This document shows positions 8,219 through 19,758 of a stretch of 56,540 nt of DNA, piece after piece. Positions within the stretch are counted from its first letter, which is position 1, and each line of letters starts with the position of its first letter. Position numbers and translations under genes: made by a program. The DNA lies in contig JBIKPR010000006.1 in the NCBI GenBank assembly GCA_044357345.1, positions 1 through 56,540 of the forward strand. Direction: 5' to 3'. The notes under the pieces are model-generated. The model saw only the letters and a program-made list of their open reading frames with translations, was not told the origin of the DNA and did no database searches. Source of the stretch: Bacteroidia bacterium. Lineage in GTDB: Bacteria; Bacteroidota; Bacteroidia; NS11-12g; UBA955.

Positions 8219-9271
8219 TTAAATTTTGTTTGCCAATTGACCGCAAGCGGCATCAATGTCTTTTCCACGGCTTCGGCGCACATTGACAATTATACCAGCA
8301 GCTTCAACACGGCGACCGAAATCGGCTATTTTGTCGACACTACTGCCTTTGAAGTTGGCTAAGTCAATTGGATTGTATTCTATGAGGTTGACTTTACAAG
8401 GAACTTTTTTGGCAAATTTTATCAATTCATCTGCTTCTTCTTTGCCATCGTTTGTATCGTTCATCACGGCATATTCCAAAGTGATTTTACGTTTTGTTTT
8501 TTGATAGAAGTAATTCAATGCTTCTTGCAGCTCTTCTAATGGATTGCTGTCGTTAATGGGCATGATTGCGCTGCGTTTGGCATTGTTTGCAGCATGTAAT
8601 GAAAGGGCAAGGTTAAATTTAGCACCGTCATCGCCAAGCTTTTTAATCATTTTTGCAATGCCTGCTGTAGATACTGTAATACGCTGTGGTGACATACCCA
8701 AGCCTTCTGGTTTGGTTATTTTCTCAATACCTGCCATCACATTGTTATAATTTAGCAAAGGCTCGCCCATACCCATAAATACAATATTGCTAAGGGGTAT
8801 GTTGTAGGTCTCTTTTGCCAATTTATCTATAAGCCACACTTGGTCGTAAATTTCAGCAGCATCAAGGTTGCGTTGACGTTTAAGAAAACCAGTAGCGCAA
8901 AAAGAACAACTAAGGCTGCAACCAACTTGACTGCTAACACAGGCGGTCATGCGTGTTTCTGTTGGGATGAGTACACCTTCAATGATGGCATCATCGTGGA
9001 GTTTAAAGGCCAATTTGATGGTTCCATCACTGCTAACTTGTTGGGCTAAAATAGTTACAGTTAGAATGCTGTAGTTTTCATTTAGCCAATTTCTAGTCTC
9101 GATAGAAAGGTTGCTCATTTCATCAAAAGATCGGGCGCCTTTTTTCCAAAGCCATTCATAGGTTTGTTTTCCTCTAAAAGCGGGATGTCCGGCGTTAGTA
9201 AATTCTGCTTTTAAGGCTTCTAAGTCAAATGAACGAATATCTTTTTTTGTTGTGGTCAAAATCGTTTGCAA
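8219..9271 (-). CDS. rlmN: 23S rRNA A2503/tRNA A37 C2-methyltransferase
   Basis: CSLSCSFC radical SAM motif, MGMGEPL, DIDAACGQL; true start may be TTG at 9259. Confidence 0.97.
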   Translation of the reverse strand: MQTILTTTKKDIRSFDLEALKAEFTNAGHPAFRGKQTYEWLWKKGARSFDEMSNLSIETRNWLNENYSILTVTILAQQVSSDGTIKLAFKLHDDAIIEGVLIPTETRMTACVSSQVGCSLSCSFCATGFLKRQRNLDAAEIYDQVWLIDKLAKETYNIPLSNIVFMGMGEPLLNYNNVMAGIEKITKPEGLGMSPQRITVSTAGIAKMIKKLGDDGAKFNLALSLHAANNAKRSAIMPINDSNPLEELQEALNYFYQKTKRKITLEYAVMNDTNDGKEEADELIKFAKKVPCKVNLIEYNPIDLANFKGSSVDKIADFGRRVEAAGIIVNVRRSRGKDIDAACGQLANKI

Positions 9272-9492
9272 AGATAGTTCAAATGGAACGTATTTTTATG
9301 AAAGAATGAAAGTTAGGAATTCATTTGAATTAAGCCTGAATGGGATTTTAAATCTGTAATTGTATCAATAATTGCTGAATATGTTCCAATTGAATTTAAA
9401 AAAATCGGGTGTTTAACCTTTGGTATCAAGGCTTTTCTTTTCTGTTATTAAATTGTTTTTTGTAATTCTTTGAATTAACTTAATTTTGCCCT

Positions 9493-10578
9493 TTGATGAG
9501 TTCAACACAAGCAGTTCTGCTACTAAAAGACGGAACCTACTATCAAGGCACAGCAGTAGGAAAAATTGGAACGACCACTGGCGAGATTTGTTTTAATACT
9601 GGGATGACCGGTTATCAAGAAGTGTTTACTGACCCTTCTTATTTTGGCCAAATTCTAGTGGAGACCAATGTGCACATTGGAAATTACGGCGTAAGTAACA
9701 ATGACATCGAATCAGACAGCATCAAAATTGCTGGTTTGGTTTGTAGCACCTTTGCCCACAACCATTCACGAAAAACAGCAGTTAGCAGCATTGATGATTA
9801 TTTCATCAACAACCAAGTTGTCGGTATTCAAGGTGTTGACACTAGGGCTATTGTAAGGCATGTGCGCGATAAAGGTGCCATGAATGCAATCATTAGTAGT
9901 GAAATTACCGATATCGATCAATTAAAGGAAATGCTTGCCGCTGTTCCTGATATGGAAGGTTTGGAGTTGTCAAGTAAGGTAAGTACACCAAGTTTTTTTA
10001 CTACTGGAGCTGATTCTGCGGCCCATAGAGTTGCGGTTTTAGATTTTGGCATTAAGAAAAACATCCTGAATTGCTTAAACGAACGCGATGTTTATTGCGG
10101 TGTTTTCAATGCTTATACAAGTGCTGCAGATGTTTTAGCATGGAAACCAGATGGTATCATGATTTCTAATGGACCTGGAGATCCTGCTTCAATGGATTAT
10201 GCGGTAAAAACAATTCAAGCAATATTGGGGGAGCAATTGCCAATGTTTGGAATATGTTTGGGCAATCAGTTATTAGGAAGATCTATGGGTATTGAGACTT
10301 TCAAAATGCACAATGGGCATAGAGGATTAAACCACCCGGTTAAGAACATCATCACTGGCCATTGTGAAATCACCACCCAAAACCACGGTTTTGCCTTAAA
10401 AGAGATTAACAACCCTGAGGTTGAGGTAACACATATCAATTTGAACGACAACACCATTGAAGGTATTCGTTTGAAAGGTAGAAAAGCATTTAGTGTTCAA
10501 TACCATCCAGAAGCATCACCTGGACCGCATGATTCAAGATATTTATTTGAAGACTTCGTGAAAATGATGCAAAAATAA
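9493..10578 (+). CDS. carA: Carbamoyl-phosphate synthase small subunit
   Basis: FNTGMTGYQE, SNGPGDP, GICLG, QYHPEASPGPHD. Confidence 0.97.
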   Translation: MMSSTQAVLLLKDGTYYQGTAVGKIGTTTGEICFNTGMTGYQEVFTDPSYFGQILVETNVHIGNYGVSNNDIESDSIKIAGLVCSTFAHNHSRKTAVSSIDDYFINNQVVGIQGVDTRAIVRHVRDKGAMNAIISSEITDIDQLKEMLAAVPDMEGLELSSKVSTPSFFTTGADSAAHRVAVLDFGIKKNILNCLNERDVYCGVFNAYTSAADVLAWKPDGIMISNGPGDPASMDYAVKTIQAILGEQLPMFGICLGNQLLGRSMGIETFKMHNGHRGLNHPVKNIITGHCEITTQNHGFALKEINNPEVEVTHINLNDNTIEGIRLKGRKAFSVQYHPEASPGPHDSRYLFEDFVKMMQK

Positions 10579-10589
10579 TTTTCGACTAA

Positions 10590-11918
<1,329 letters not shown>

Positions 11919-11933
11919 TCAATTACAGATATC

Positions 11934-11971
11934 AATAAAAAAGTCAGGTTAATAGCCTAACTTTTTTTATT
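11934..11971. terminator. Bidirectional intrinsic terminator after eno
   Basis: AAAAAAGTCAGGTTA-A-TAGCCTAACTTTTTTT. Confidence 0.7.
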
Positions 11972-12082
11972 GGGAATGTTTTAAATGTATCTTGTGTGGT
12001 CAAAAACTTACATTCAAGTATAGGTGCACACGAAACCAAACAACAATGCTATTGCTGTGGTTTAAATTGAACTTGATAAAGA

Positions 12083-12235
12083 TTAAATCCAGTCCATAGC
12101 CATGGCAAATCCACCTACAGTGGTAGGAAGGGCTAGCCAGAAAGCTTCAGGAAGGAAAATCATCAAAGCGGTGATAGTGACAAGAGATACTAAAAATAGC
12201 ATCCAGTAAGCGGTTTTCGATTTTTTTTCAGACAT
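12083..12235 (-). CDS. 50-aa small membrane protein (not in ORF track)
   Basis: MSEKKSKTAYWMLFLVSLVTITALMIFLPEAFWLALPTTVGGFAMAMDWI; TAGGTTTG promoter at 12257-12264; hairpin downstream at 12033-12063. Confidence 0.7.
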   Translation of the reverse strand: MSEKKSKTAYWMLFLVSLVTITALMIFLPEAFWLALPTTVGGFAMAMDWI

Positions 12236-12311
12236 TGATGTTTAAAAATTGATGTGCAAACCTACATATTTTTTAGTAAAAAATATTTTTTTTATTCTAT
12301 AAATTTGCCCA

Positions 12312-12797
12312 ATGATACAACGTAAGCAATCCATCTATTTGTTTTTGATTTCTCTAATTTGTTTGTTAATGACATTTACAGATATTAATCTGTATAGAGG
12401 AAAAGCATTAAATAAGGATGGTGTTTCGCTCGAGTACAAGATTAATACGATTACAAGTTCATTAGGTGCTGAGGCTTCTGTAAAAGTAAGTAAATTTGAA
12501 ATCCCTGTTTCTATAACATTAGTTGCTTTATTGTCAATGGCTTCAATATTTTTTTATGGTAATTTAAAGAGGCAATTAACACTGGTTACCTCCAACTTTG
12601 GAGCAATTGCAATTGTATTAATTAATGTTTACTTGATAAAGCTTAGAATCGGTGGAACAAATGGAATCACTTTTCAAGATTTGGGTTTAAATTGGCCAAT
12701 ATTTTTATTGTTAGTCATAATAATTTTGAATTTTTTAGCGGTAAGAGGAATCAAGAAAGACCTTGATTTATTGGCATCTGCAGACCGTTTGCGATAA
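12312..12797 (+). CDS. DUF4293 family membrane protein
   Basis: MIQRKQSIYL N-terminus, 4 TM segments, C-terminal IKKDLDLLASADRLR. Confidence 0.85.
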   Translation: MIQRKQSIYLFLISLICLLMTFTDINLYRGKALNKDGVSLEYKINTITSSLGAEASVKVSKFEIPVSITLVALLSMASIFFYGNLKRQLTLVTSNFGAIAIVLINVYLIKLRIGGTNGITFQDLGLNWPIFLLLVIIILNFLAVRGIKKDLDLLASADRLR

Positions 12798-12928
12798 TTT
12801 TAATTTTATACTGATTCTAAATAATATAATTAATCAAAAAAAGGCAATAATTTTTTTAGATTATTTTGAAAATAACAATAAATTTGCGGCAACCTAAACA
12901 TAGACCAACAAAGCAAGTACAAGTTAGA

Positions 12929-14461
12929 ATGAAACCATTTTTAAAATTCACTTTCAAATTGACACTGGCGCTAGTTATCCTAACAGGAGCAGCCTTTTTC
13001 ATGAGCAAATCAATTGATATCAAAGGGATATCAACCGAACACCTCAGTGCTGCTAAGCCGTTTTTTGGAGCAGACGAATACGCATACGAAGCGCCAAAAG
13101 CGGATACTGTAGAGTCAGCCATATCTTCAAAAGTAAATTGGGCAATTCTTGGATTTACGATTTTAATGGTATTGGTTTTAGCCAATGCGTTTGATATCAG
13201 CAAATACACAGCTAAAATTACGGGTCGCGAAACGGTTAACCAAAACAACGTTAACAAATGGACAATGTTGATTTTCATGGTCGTTGGATTAATTGCGACA
13301 ATTTGGGAATACAGTGCTCATGGAAAGCTTATTTTATTGAACGACTCAGCGAGTGAACATGGTGTTGATTATGATAGCATGTTTACGATGACCTTAATTG
13401 TTACATCTATTGTGTTTTTTGCTACTCAATTTTTGTTGTTTTGGTTTTCATTTAAGTATGCACACAAAGATGGTCAGAAGGCTTTGTATTTAGCACACAA
13501 CAACCGATTAGAGGTGTTTTGGACCATTATCCCTGCAATTGTTTTAACCCTATTGGTTTTAAGAGGTCACCAAACTTGGAGATCTGTTGTTTATGCAGAA
13601 GAGAACCACAATGGTAAAATCCATAGCATCGAAATTTTTGCTTACCAATTTGGTTGGAAAGCAAGATATGCTGGAGAAGATGGCATTATGGGTATAGCTG
13701 ACTACAAGTTTATCTCAGGTAAAAACGAATTGGGTTTGGCATTCAAGCCAGAAGTTGATTCTTTAATTGTTGATTTAAAAGCCCAGATTGAGGGAGAAAA
13801 AATCGTTATAAATGACATTAAAAGTGGCGCAGCATTAGCAGCTTTAAAAAGCAGTTTTGCTGAAGTTGAAAATTTGAGAGACTACAAAAACATGGAGTCT
13901 ATTCAAAAAGAAATTGAGTCCTTAAGTAACGGTGAAAAATTGGATGAGGCAGAAGCTTCTATCAAAAGAAAAACCAAGCAAATTGAGCGTATTTTAGCAA
14001 TCCAGAACAACAGCAAGCAATTCGCTTCTACATTTAATGGAGCTGCGAATGATGATATCATAACACAAGAAATCCACATCGCTAAAGACTCATTGGTTAC
14101 TTTTAACTTTAGATCTAAAGATATTATCCATAGTGCATGGTTGCCTCACATGAGAGCTCAAATGAATGTGGTTCCAGGTATGCCAACCAAATTCACTTTC
14201 CGTCCTACTAAAACATCTGTGGAAGCAAAGAAAGAATTCGGTGAGACTTTTGAATACTACCTATACTGCAACAAAATTTGTGGCGTATCTCACTACAACA
14301 TGAAAATTAAAGTTGTTGTTGAATCACAAGCAGAGGTTGATGCGTGGTTAGCTACACAACAACCTGCTTTTATTAAGACGCCTATTGCAGTTCCTGCAAT
14401 TATGAACAGCAGCGACACGATGATGCAAGCCGATACAACTAAAAAATTGGCTATTAACTAA
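12929..14461 (+). CDS. coxB: Cytochrome c oxidase subunit II (with long insertion)
   Basis: LEVFWTIIP, YQFGW, DIIHS and CuA motif CNKICGVSHYNM; ATG 12929 lies downstream of TAAATTTG. Confidence 0.95.
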   Translation: MKPFLKFTFKLTLALVILTGAAFFMSKSIDIKGISTEHLSAAKPFFGADEYAYEAPKADTVESAISSKVNWAILGFTILMVLVLANAFDISKYTAKITGRETVNQNNVNKWTMLIFMVVGLIATIWEYSAHGKLILLNDSASEHGVDYDSMFTMTLIVTSIVFFATQFLLFWFSFKYAHKDGQKALYLAHNNRLEVFWTIIPAIVLTLLVLRGHQTWRSVVYAEENHNGKIHSIEIFAYQFGWKARYAGEDGIMGIADYKFISGKNELGLAFKPEVDSLIVDLKAQIEGEKIVINDIKSGAALAALKSSFAEVENLRDYKNMESIQKEIESLSNGEKLDEAEASIKRKTKQIERILAIQNNSKQFASTFNGAANDDIITQEIHIAKDSLVTFNFRSKDIIHSAWLPHMRAQMNVVPGMPTKFTFRPTKTSVEAKKEFGETFEYYLYCNKICGVSHYNMKIKVVVESQAEVDAWLATQQPAFIKTPIAVPAIMNSSDTMMQADTTKKLAIN

Positions 14462-14492
14462 ACCTTATCATTTTAAACAGACATTTACAACA

Positions 14493-16394
14493 ATGAGTAC
14501 ATCAATAATAAAAGACACTCACGCTACTGATAGCCATGCTCATCACGAGCACCATGAACCATCCTTTTTATTCAAATATGTTTTCAGTACAGATCACAAA
14601 ATGATCTCTAAACAATTCCTAATCACAGGTATCATCATGGGATGCTTTGGAATGGGGATGTCTTTATTGTTTAGACTTCAATTGGCTTGGCCAGATCAAG
14701 CTTTCCCAATCTTGGAAAGTCTTTTAGGTAAATGGGCCAAAGATGGTAAATTGGATCCAAATTATTATATGGCCTTGGTTACGATACACGGCACCATCAT
14801 GGTATTCTATGTATTGACTGCAGGTTTAAGTGGAACTTTTAGTAATTTATTGATTCCACTACAAGTAGGTGCAAGAGATATGGCCAGTCCATTTATGAAT
14901 ATGCTTTCATATTGGTTCTTCTTCTTATCATCTTGTGTTTTAATGTCTTCATTTTTTGCTGAGACTGGTCCTGCTTCATCAGGTTGGACGGTTTATCCTC
15001 CATTGAGTGCTTTGTCTAAAGCTATGCCAGGTTCTGGTTTAGGAACCACTTTATGGTTGGTTGCTATCATATTATTTATTGTATCTGCTTTGTTAGGTGG
15101 TATAAATTATATTACAACTGTATTGAACATGCGTACTCATGGTATGTCAATGAATAGATTGCCGCTTACCATTTGGGCTTTCTTTTTAACAGCAATATTA
15201 GGTTTATTATCATTCCCTGTATTGCTAGGTGCAGGTTTGTTGTTGATATTTGATAGAAGTTTTGGAACCAGTTTCTATTTAAGTGACATTCACTTAAATG
15301 GTGTTGGTGCTTTGACCAATAGTGGTGGTAGCCCAGTTTTATACCAACACTTATTTTGGTTCTTAGGTCACCCGGAAGTATACATCATCTTGATGCCAGC
15401 TTTGGGAATTTCTTCAGAGGTTATTTCTACCAATGCAAGAAAACCAATCTTTGGTTACACAGCAATGGTTATTTCATTGATAGGTATCTCTTTCTTGTCA
15501 TTCATCGTTTGGGGTCACCATATGTTTATTACAGGTATGAATCCTTTCTTAGGAACTATGTTTATGTATGTAACGTTGATTATTGCAGTACCATCTGCAG
15601 TAAAGACATTTAACTACTTAGCAACGCTTTGGAAGGGTAATATTCGTTTCACCCCAGCAATGATGTTTGCAATCGGATTGGTTTCCTTTTTCATTACAGG
15701 AGGTTTAACTGGTATCTATTTAGGTAACGCAGCTTTAGACATTCAAATGCATGATAGTTACTTCGTAGTTGCCCACTTCCACTTGGTAATGGGTAGCGCA
15801 GCAATTTTTGGTATGTTTGCAGGTATTTACCATTGGTTTCCAAAAATGTTCGGAAAAATGATGAACAAAACCTTGGGTAACTTGCACTTTTGGTTAACAT
15901 TCGTTTCAGCTTACCTTGTGTTTTTCCCAATGCACTTTATGGGCTTGGCCGGTGTTCCAAGAAGATACTACCAGTTTTCATTAATTCCTGAATTTGAGAT
16001 TTGGATGAATGTTAATATTTTTATAACTATATCAGCCTTTTTAGGAGGAGTTGCACAATTGTTGTTCTTATATAATTTCTTCAACAGTATTTTCAGAGGT
16101 GAGAAAGCAACTCAAAATCCTTGGTTGTCTAATACTTTAGAGTGGAGCACTCAAGTAAAACATATCCATGGAAACTGGGAAGGTGATATCCCAACAGTAT
16201 ACAGAGGACCTCACGAATATAGCCGTCCTGATAGAGAGTTAGACTATTTCCCTCAACATGAGATCGGAGATGGAGAACCAGATCATTACCATGCACCATC
16301 AACACAGGTTGATACAGAATTCGAAGGCAAAAAAGAAAAAGCTAGCGCTGTATTCTTTTCTTCTTTTGCTGCACTTTTCATGAGGAAGGCATAA
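14493..16394 (+). CDS. coxA: Cytochrome c oxidase subunit I (A1-type)
   Basis: STDHK, HGTIM, WFLGHPEVY, VWGHHMF, VVAHFH, GVPRRY. Confidence 0.98.
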   Translation: MSTSIIKDTHATDSHAHHEHHEPSFLFKYVFSTDHKMISKQFLITGIIMGCFGMGMSLLFRLQLAWPDQAFPILESLLGKWAKDGKLDPNYYMALVTIHGTIMVFYVLTAGLSGTFSNLLIPLQVGARDMASPFMNMLSYWFFFLSSCVLMSSFFAETGPASSGWTVYPPLSALSKAMPGSGLGTTLWLVAIILFIVSALLGGINYITTVLNMRTHGMSMNRLPLTIWAFFLTAILGLLSFPVLLGAGLLLIFDRSFGTSFYLSDIHLNGVGALTNSGGSPVLYQHLFWFLGHPEVYIILMPALGISSEVISTNARKPIFGYTAMVISLIGISFLSFIVWGHHMFITGMNPFLGTMFMYVTLIIAVPSAVKTFNYLATLWKGNIRFTPAMMFAIGLVSFFITGGLTGIYLGNAALDIQMHDSYFVVAHFHLVMGSAAIFGMFAGIYHWFPKMFGKMMNKTLGNLHFWLTFVSAYLVFFPMHFMGLAGVPRRYYQFSLIPEFEIWMNVNIFITISAFLGGVAQLLFLYNFFNSIFRGEKATQNPWLSNTLEWSTQVKHIHGNWEGDIPTVYRGPHEYSRPDRELDYFPQHEIGDGEPDHYHAPSTQVDTEFEGKKEKASAVFFSSFAALFMRKA

Positions 16395-16419
16395 ACGTTC
16401 TGACATCCGTTAGAATAAA

Positions 16420-17463
16420 ATGAACTATATTAAATTAAACCGAAGATCAGGTCTTTTGACTCTATCTTCGGTTTTTTTATTGCTTATTGCTGGCGGTGTT
16501 GTTCGCAGCACTGGCAGTGGAATGGGTTGCCCTGATTGGCCTAAATGCTATGGGGCTTGGTTTCCGCCCGTTTGCTCATGTGAGCTCCCAGCCAATTATC
16601 AAGAAATCTATGCTCAGAAGCGCATACAGAAAGCAAAACGATTTGCAAAAGTGTTAGCCGGAATTGGCTTTAAAAGTCAATCTGAAGCGCTTTTGGCAGA
16701 TCCCAATTTATTAAAACCAGAGGTATTCAATCCTTTAAAGGCTTGGACAGAATATATTAACCGAATTATCGGGGTGTTTTCCGGCTTGTTTTCATTGGTT
16801 TTCTTTTTAAGTTTATTAAGAATTAGAAGGTATGTGAGTCGATTTAAATTTTGGTGCGGAACGCTTGGATTTATTATGATGCTCTTCAATGCTTGGCTAG
16901 GAAGTATTGTTGTAGCCACCAATTTGTTCCCTATAATCATAAGCATACATTATTTGGCAGCATATGCCGTTTTGGCCTTGTTTATGTTTAGCTTGGTAAA
17001 CAGTAGAATTGATGAGAAGAACCAATCGATTAAGTCATACAAGTGGTATTTCATTGGATTCGTGTTCTTGTCTCTGATCCAGGTAGTTTACGGAACCCAA
17101 TTGCGTGAAGTGAGTGACATGGCTGTAGAGAAAAATGTATTGTTTGTAGGAAGTGAGTTGAATTTTGACTTTTTAGGGAAGGTTTTCAAGACGCATTGGA
17201 TACTTGCAATGGCGTTAATTGTAATTAGTTTATTCCCCTTGTATTTGCTTCGTAAGAAATTGGAGAAAAAATGGTTGAGATTATTGACTTCACTAACAGC
17301 AGTTTTACTGGTTCAATACATCAGTGGTGTTTTGAATTTACGTTATAATTTTCCTCTATATGCACAAGTGTCACATATATTTTTTGCAGGTCTAATATTC
17401 GGTATTACCTTGTATATTTGTACCGCTATTTTACGAGCACCTAAAAACTCTCCAAAGATTTGA
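16420..17463 (+). CDS. ctaA: Heme A synthase, COX15/CtaA family
   Basis: GGVVRSTGSGMGCPDWPKC, WTEYINR, 8 TM segments; cox context. Confidence 0.9.
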   Translation: MNYIKLNRRSGLLTLSSVFLLLIAGGVVRSTGSGMGCPDWPKCYGAWFPPVCSCELPANYQEIYAQKRIQKAKRFAKVLAGIGFKSQSEALLADPNLLKPEVFNPLKAWTEYINRIIGVFSGLFSLVFFLSLLRIRRYVSRFKFWCGTLGFIMMLFNAWLGSIVVATNLFPIIISIHYLAAYAVLALFMFSLVNSRIDEKNQSIKSYKWYFIGFVFLSLIQVVYGTQLREVSDMAVEKNVLFVGSELNFDFLGKVFKTHWILAMALIVISLFPLYLLRKKLEKKWLRLLTSLTAVLLVQYISGVLNLRYNFPLYAQVSHIFFAGLIFGITLYICTAILRAPKNSPKI

Positions 17464-18356
17464 CAGAACACAGTACCAATAAGCAACCAGAGCAGCTTAG
17501 CGCCTCTTTTTTTAAAGACTATTTTATGCTGAGCAAGGTTAGACTCAGCACTTCTGTTGTTGGCACCACAATAATTACGTATTGTTTAGGTGTGGCAAAG
17601 ACTGCTGAATCTTTTGACGCTTTAAAATGTTTTGGATTAGCCTTGGGCGGCATGTTGGTTGTCGCTGCCTCAAATGGTTTCAATCAAATTTATGAGAAAG
17701 ATACAGATAAAATGATGTCTAGAACTCAAAATCGTCCAATTGCGGATGGTCGCATGAGTACAAATGATGCCATGGTATTTAGTGTCGTTTGCGCTCTTTT
17801 GGGTTTATTTGCCTTAGCTTTTTTCACCAATGGAAGGGTAGCCCTTTTAAGTTTGGTTTCATTGTTCATTTACTCATTGGTTTATACCCCATTAAAGGTT
17901 AAAACACCTTTGGCTGTTTTTGTCGGTGCAATTCCAGGAGCATTGCCCCCTGCTATTGGGTGGATAGCAGCCGTTGGAAATATTGATGATATAGCAATTG
18001 TATTGTTCTTAATCCAATTTTTTTGGCAGTTTCCTCACTTTTGGGCAATTGCTTGGATCTTAGAGGATGATTACAGAAAAGCAAATTACACTTTATTGCC
18101 TTCTTTTGAGGGAAGAACCAAAAAGAATGCAATGCAAATTATATGGTATACAGTGATGCTTATTTTGATTTCAATGTATCCTATATCAATAGAATTTGGT
18201 TCTTTGAATGCTTTGTTTTTAGTACTTCCTGCTGGGATTTATCTGCTATACAGGGCAATCGTCTTATATAAAACGCAAAGCATTAAGGATGCAAAATCTT
18301 TAATGTTTGCTTCGCTAATCTATATGCCAGTCGTACTTTTAAGTTATTTATTTTAA
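17460..18356 (+). CDS. cyoE: Heme O synthase (protoheme IX farnesyltransferase)
   Basis: NQIYEKDTDKMMSRTQNRP, YTPLK, GAIPGALPP, WQFPHFWAI. Confidence 0.96.
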   Translation: MTEHSTNKQPEQLSASFFKDYFMLSKVRLSTSVVGTTIITYCLGVAKTAESFDALKCFGLALGGMLVVAASNGFNQIYEKDTDKMMSRTQNRPIADGRMSTNDAMVFSVVCALLGLFALAFFTNGRVALLSLVSLFIYSLVYTPLKVKTPLAVFVGAIPGALPPAIGWIAAVGNIDDIAIVLFLIQFFWQFPHFWAIAWILEDDYRKANYTLLPSFEGRTKKNAMQIIWYTVMLILISMYPISIEFGSLNALFLVLPAGIYLLYRAIVLYKTQSIKDAKSLMFASLIYMPVVLLSYLF

Positions 18357-18359
18357 TAT

Positions 18360-18965
18360 ATGCCACAAACTATACAGCCGCAAATGTCGAGCAATAAAAA
18401 AAGTATTTTCAATGAAAAGACCTTTATCATTTGGTTGTTCATTGTCGCTAGTTCAATGTTATTCATTGCATTTAGCAGTGCATATTGGGTTCATAAATCG
18501 GATGGTATACGCAACAATGCGTGGTTTGAATTTGAGTTACCCATTCAATTTTGGATTAGTGCAATAATCGTGGCTATCTCAAGTCTTTTTATGCAATTGG
18601 CTTATAAAGCGGCTTCAAATGATGACGTTTATAAGGTCCCATCCCTATTAACAATCACCTTTATTTTGGGTGTAAGTTTCTGTGTTTCGCAATTTTACGC
18701 TTATTTTGCTCTTGTTGATATGGGACTTTATCTATCAAATAGAGAAGCGGGAGAAATTTCAGCCTCTTTTGTCTATGTAATTTCCGGTGCTCACCTTCTG
18801 CATATAATTGGTGGTTTGGTTCTTCTTCTCGTTGCTATCATTAAGTCTTCACGATTGGAGGTACACAAGAAAAATCTAGTGTTCATTAATATATGCAAAA
18901 CTTATTGGCACTTTTTGGGAATTGTATGGATTTTCTTGATTTTATTCCTTTATTTCGCAAAGTAA
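18360..18965 (+). CDS. Cytochrome c oxidase subunit III-like protein (first copy)
   Basis: WLFIVASSMLF, SGAHLLHIIGG, YWHFLGIVW. Confidence 0.9.
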   Translation: MPQTIQPQMSSNKKSIFNEKTFIIWLFIVASSMLFIAFSSAYWVHKSDGIRNNAWFEFELPIQFWISAIIVAISSLFMQLAYKAASNDDVYKVPSLLTITFILGVSFCVSQFYAYFALVDMGLYLSNREAGEISASFVYVISGAHLLHIIGGLVLLLVAIIKSSRLEVHKKNLVFINICKTYWHFLGIVWIFLILFLYFAK

Positions 18966-18984
18966 TTTAGATACAATTATCATA

Positions 18985-19737
18985 ATGTCAAACTCTTCAA
19001 CAGTATCATCTACAAGCATATGGACAGGAGGTAGGTCTCCTTTCAATGTTAGCTACGGAAAATTAATGATGTGGATTTTCCTTTTATCGGATGCATTCAC
19101 ATTCTCATCACTATTGGTGGGCTATGGTGCAATCAGATTCAGTTACGCCGGCAGTACAACGCCTTGGCCAGATCCTGCAACTGTTTTTAACCACTTCCCA
19201 TTCGCACATGGTTTGCATTTGCCTTTGCTTTTCGTGAGTTTAATGACTTTGATTTTGATTATTTCATCTGTTACGATGGTGTTAGCTGTTGAAGCTGGTC
19301 ACCGTAATTCAAAAAGTGAAGTGTCTAAATATATGTTCTTGACCGTTTTGGGTGGTGCCGCTTTCTTAGGCTGTCAAGCTTGGGAGTGGAGTCAATTTAT
19401 ACATGAAGGCGGTCGTTTGGATTCAAATTTATTTGGATTCACTGATGCTGCTCACGAACATGCAAAACATTTAAAATTATTTGATCCAGTTCATTGGACC
19501 GAAGCAGATAAGATAGCAGGACCTGTTCCATTTGCATCTTTATTCTTTATTGTTACTGGTTTCCATGGTTTCCACGTTTTGAGTGGTGTTGTTATCAATA
19601 TCATCATTTGGATAAACGTTATGCGTGGTACCTATGAAAGAAGAGGTCACTACGAAATGGTTGAAAAAGTTGGTTTATACTGGCACTTTGTTGACCTTGT
19701 TTGGGTATTCGTATTTACTTTTTACTATTTGATCTAA
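18985..19737 (+). CDS. coxC: Cytochrome c oxidase subunit III
   Basis: MWIFLLSD, TGFHGFHV, YWHFVDLVW. Confidence 0.93.
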   Translation: MSNSSTVSSTSIWTGGRSPFNVSYGKLMMWIFLLSDAFTFSSLLVGYGAIRFSYAGSTTPWPDPATVFNHFPFAHGLHLPLLFVSLMTLILIISSVTMVLAVEAGHRNSKSEVSKYMFLTVLGGAAFLGCQAWEWSQFIHEGGRLDSNLFGFTDAAHEHAKHLKLFDPVHWTEADKIAGPVPFASLFFIVTGFHGFHVLSGVVINIIIWINVMRGTYERRGHYEMVEKVGLYWHFVDLVWVFVFTFYYLI

Positions 19738-19758
19738 CCTTTAAAAGAACACAGCAAT

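Noticed and set aside
9493-10578. carA without adjacent carB
   Set aside because: Separation of carA and carB is common in Bacteroidota.
11996-12070. 24-aa Cys-rich ORF (…QQCYCCGLN) as a leader peptide
   Set aside because: GTG start, no downstream gene on that strand to attenuate, and it overlaps the terminator hairpin of the opposite-strand small gene.
14264-14305. CuA motif with K instead of E (CNKIC), and CtaA EYINR instead of EYxHR
   Set aside because: I recognise both as usual Bacteroidota variants rather than novelties.
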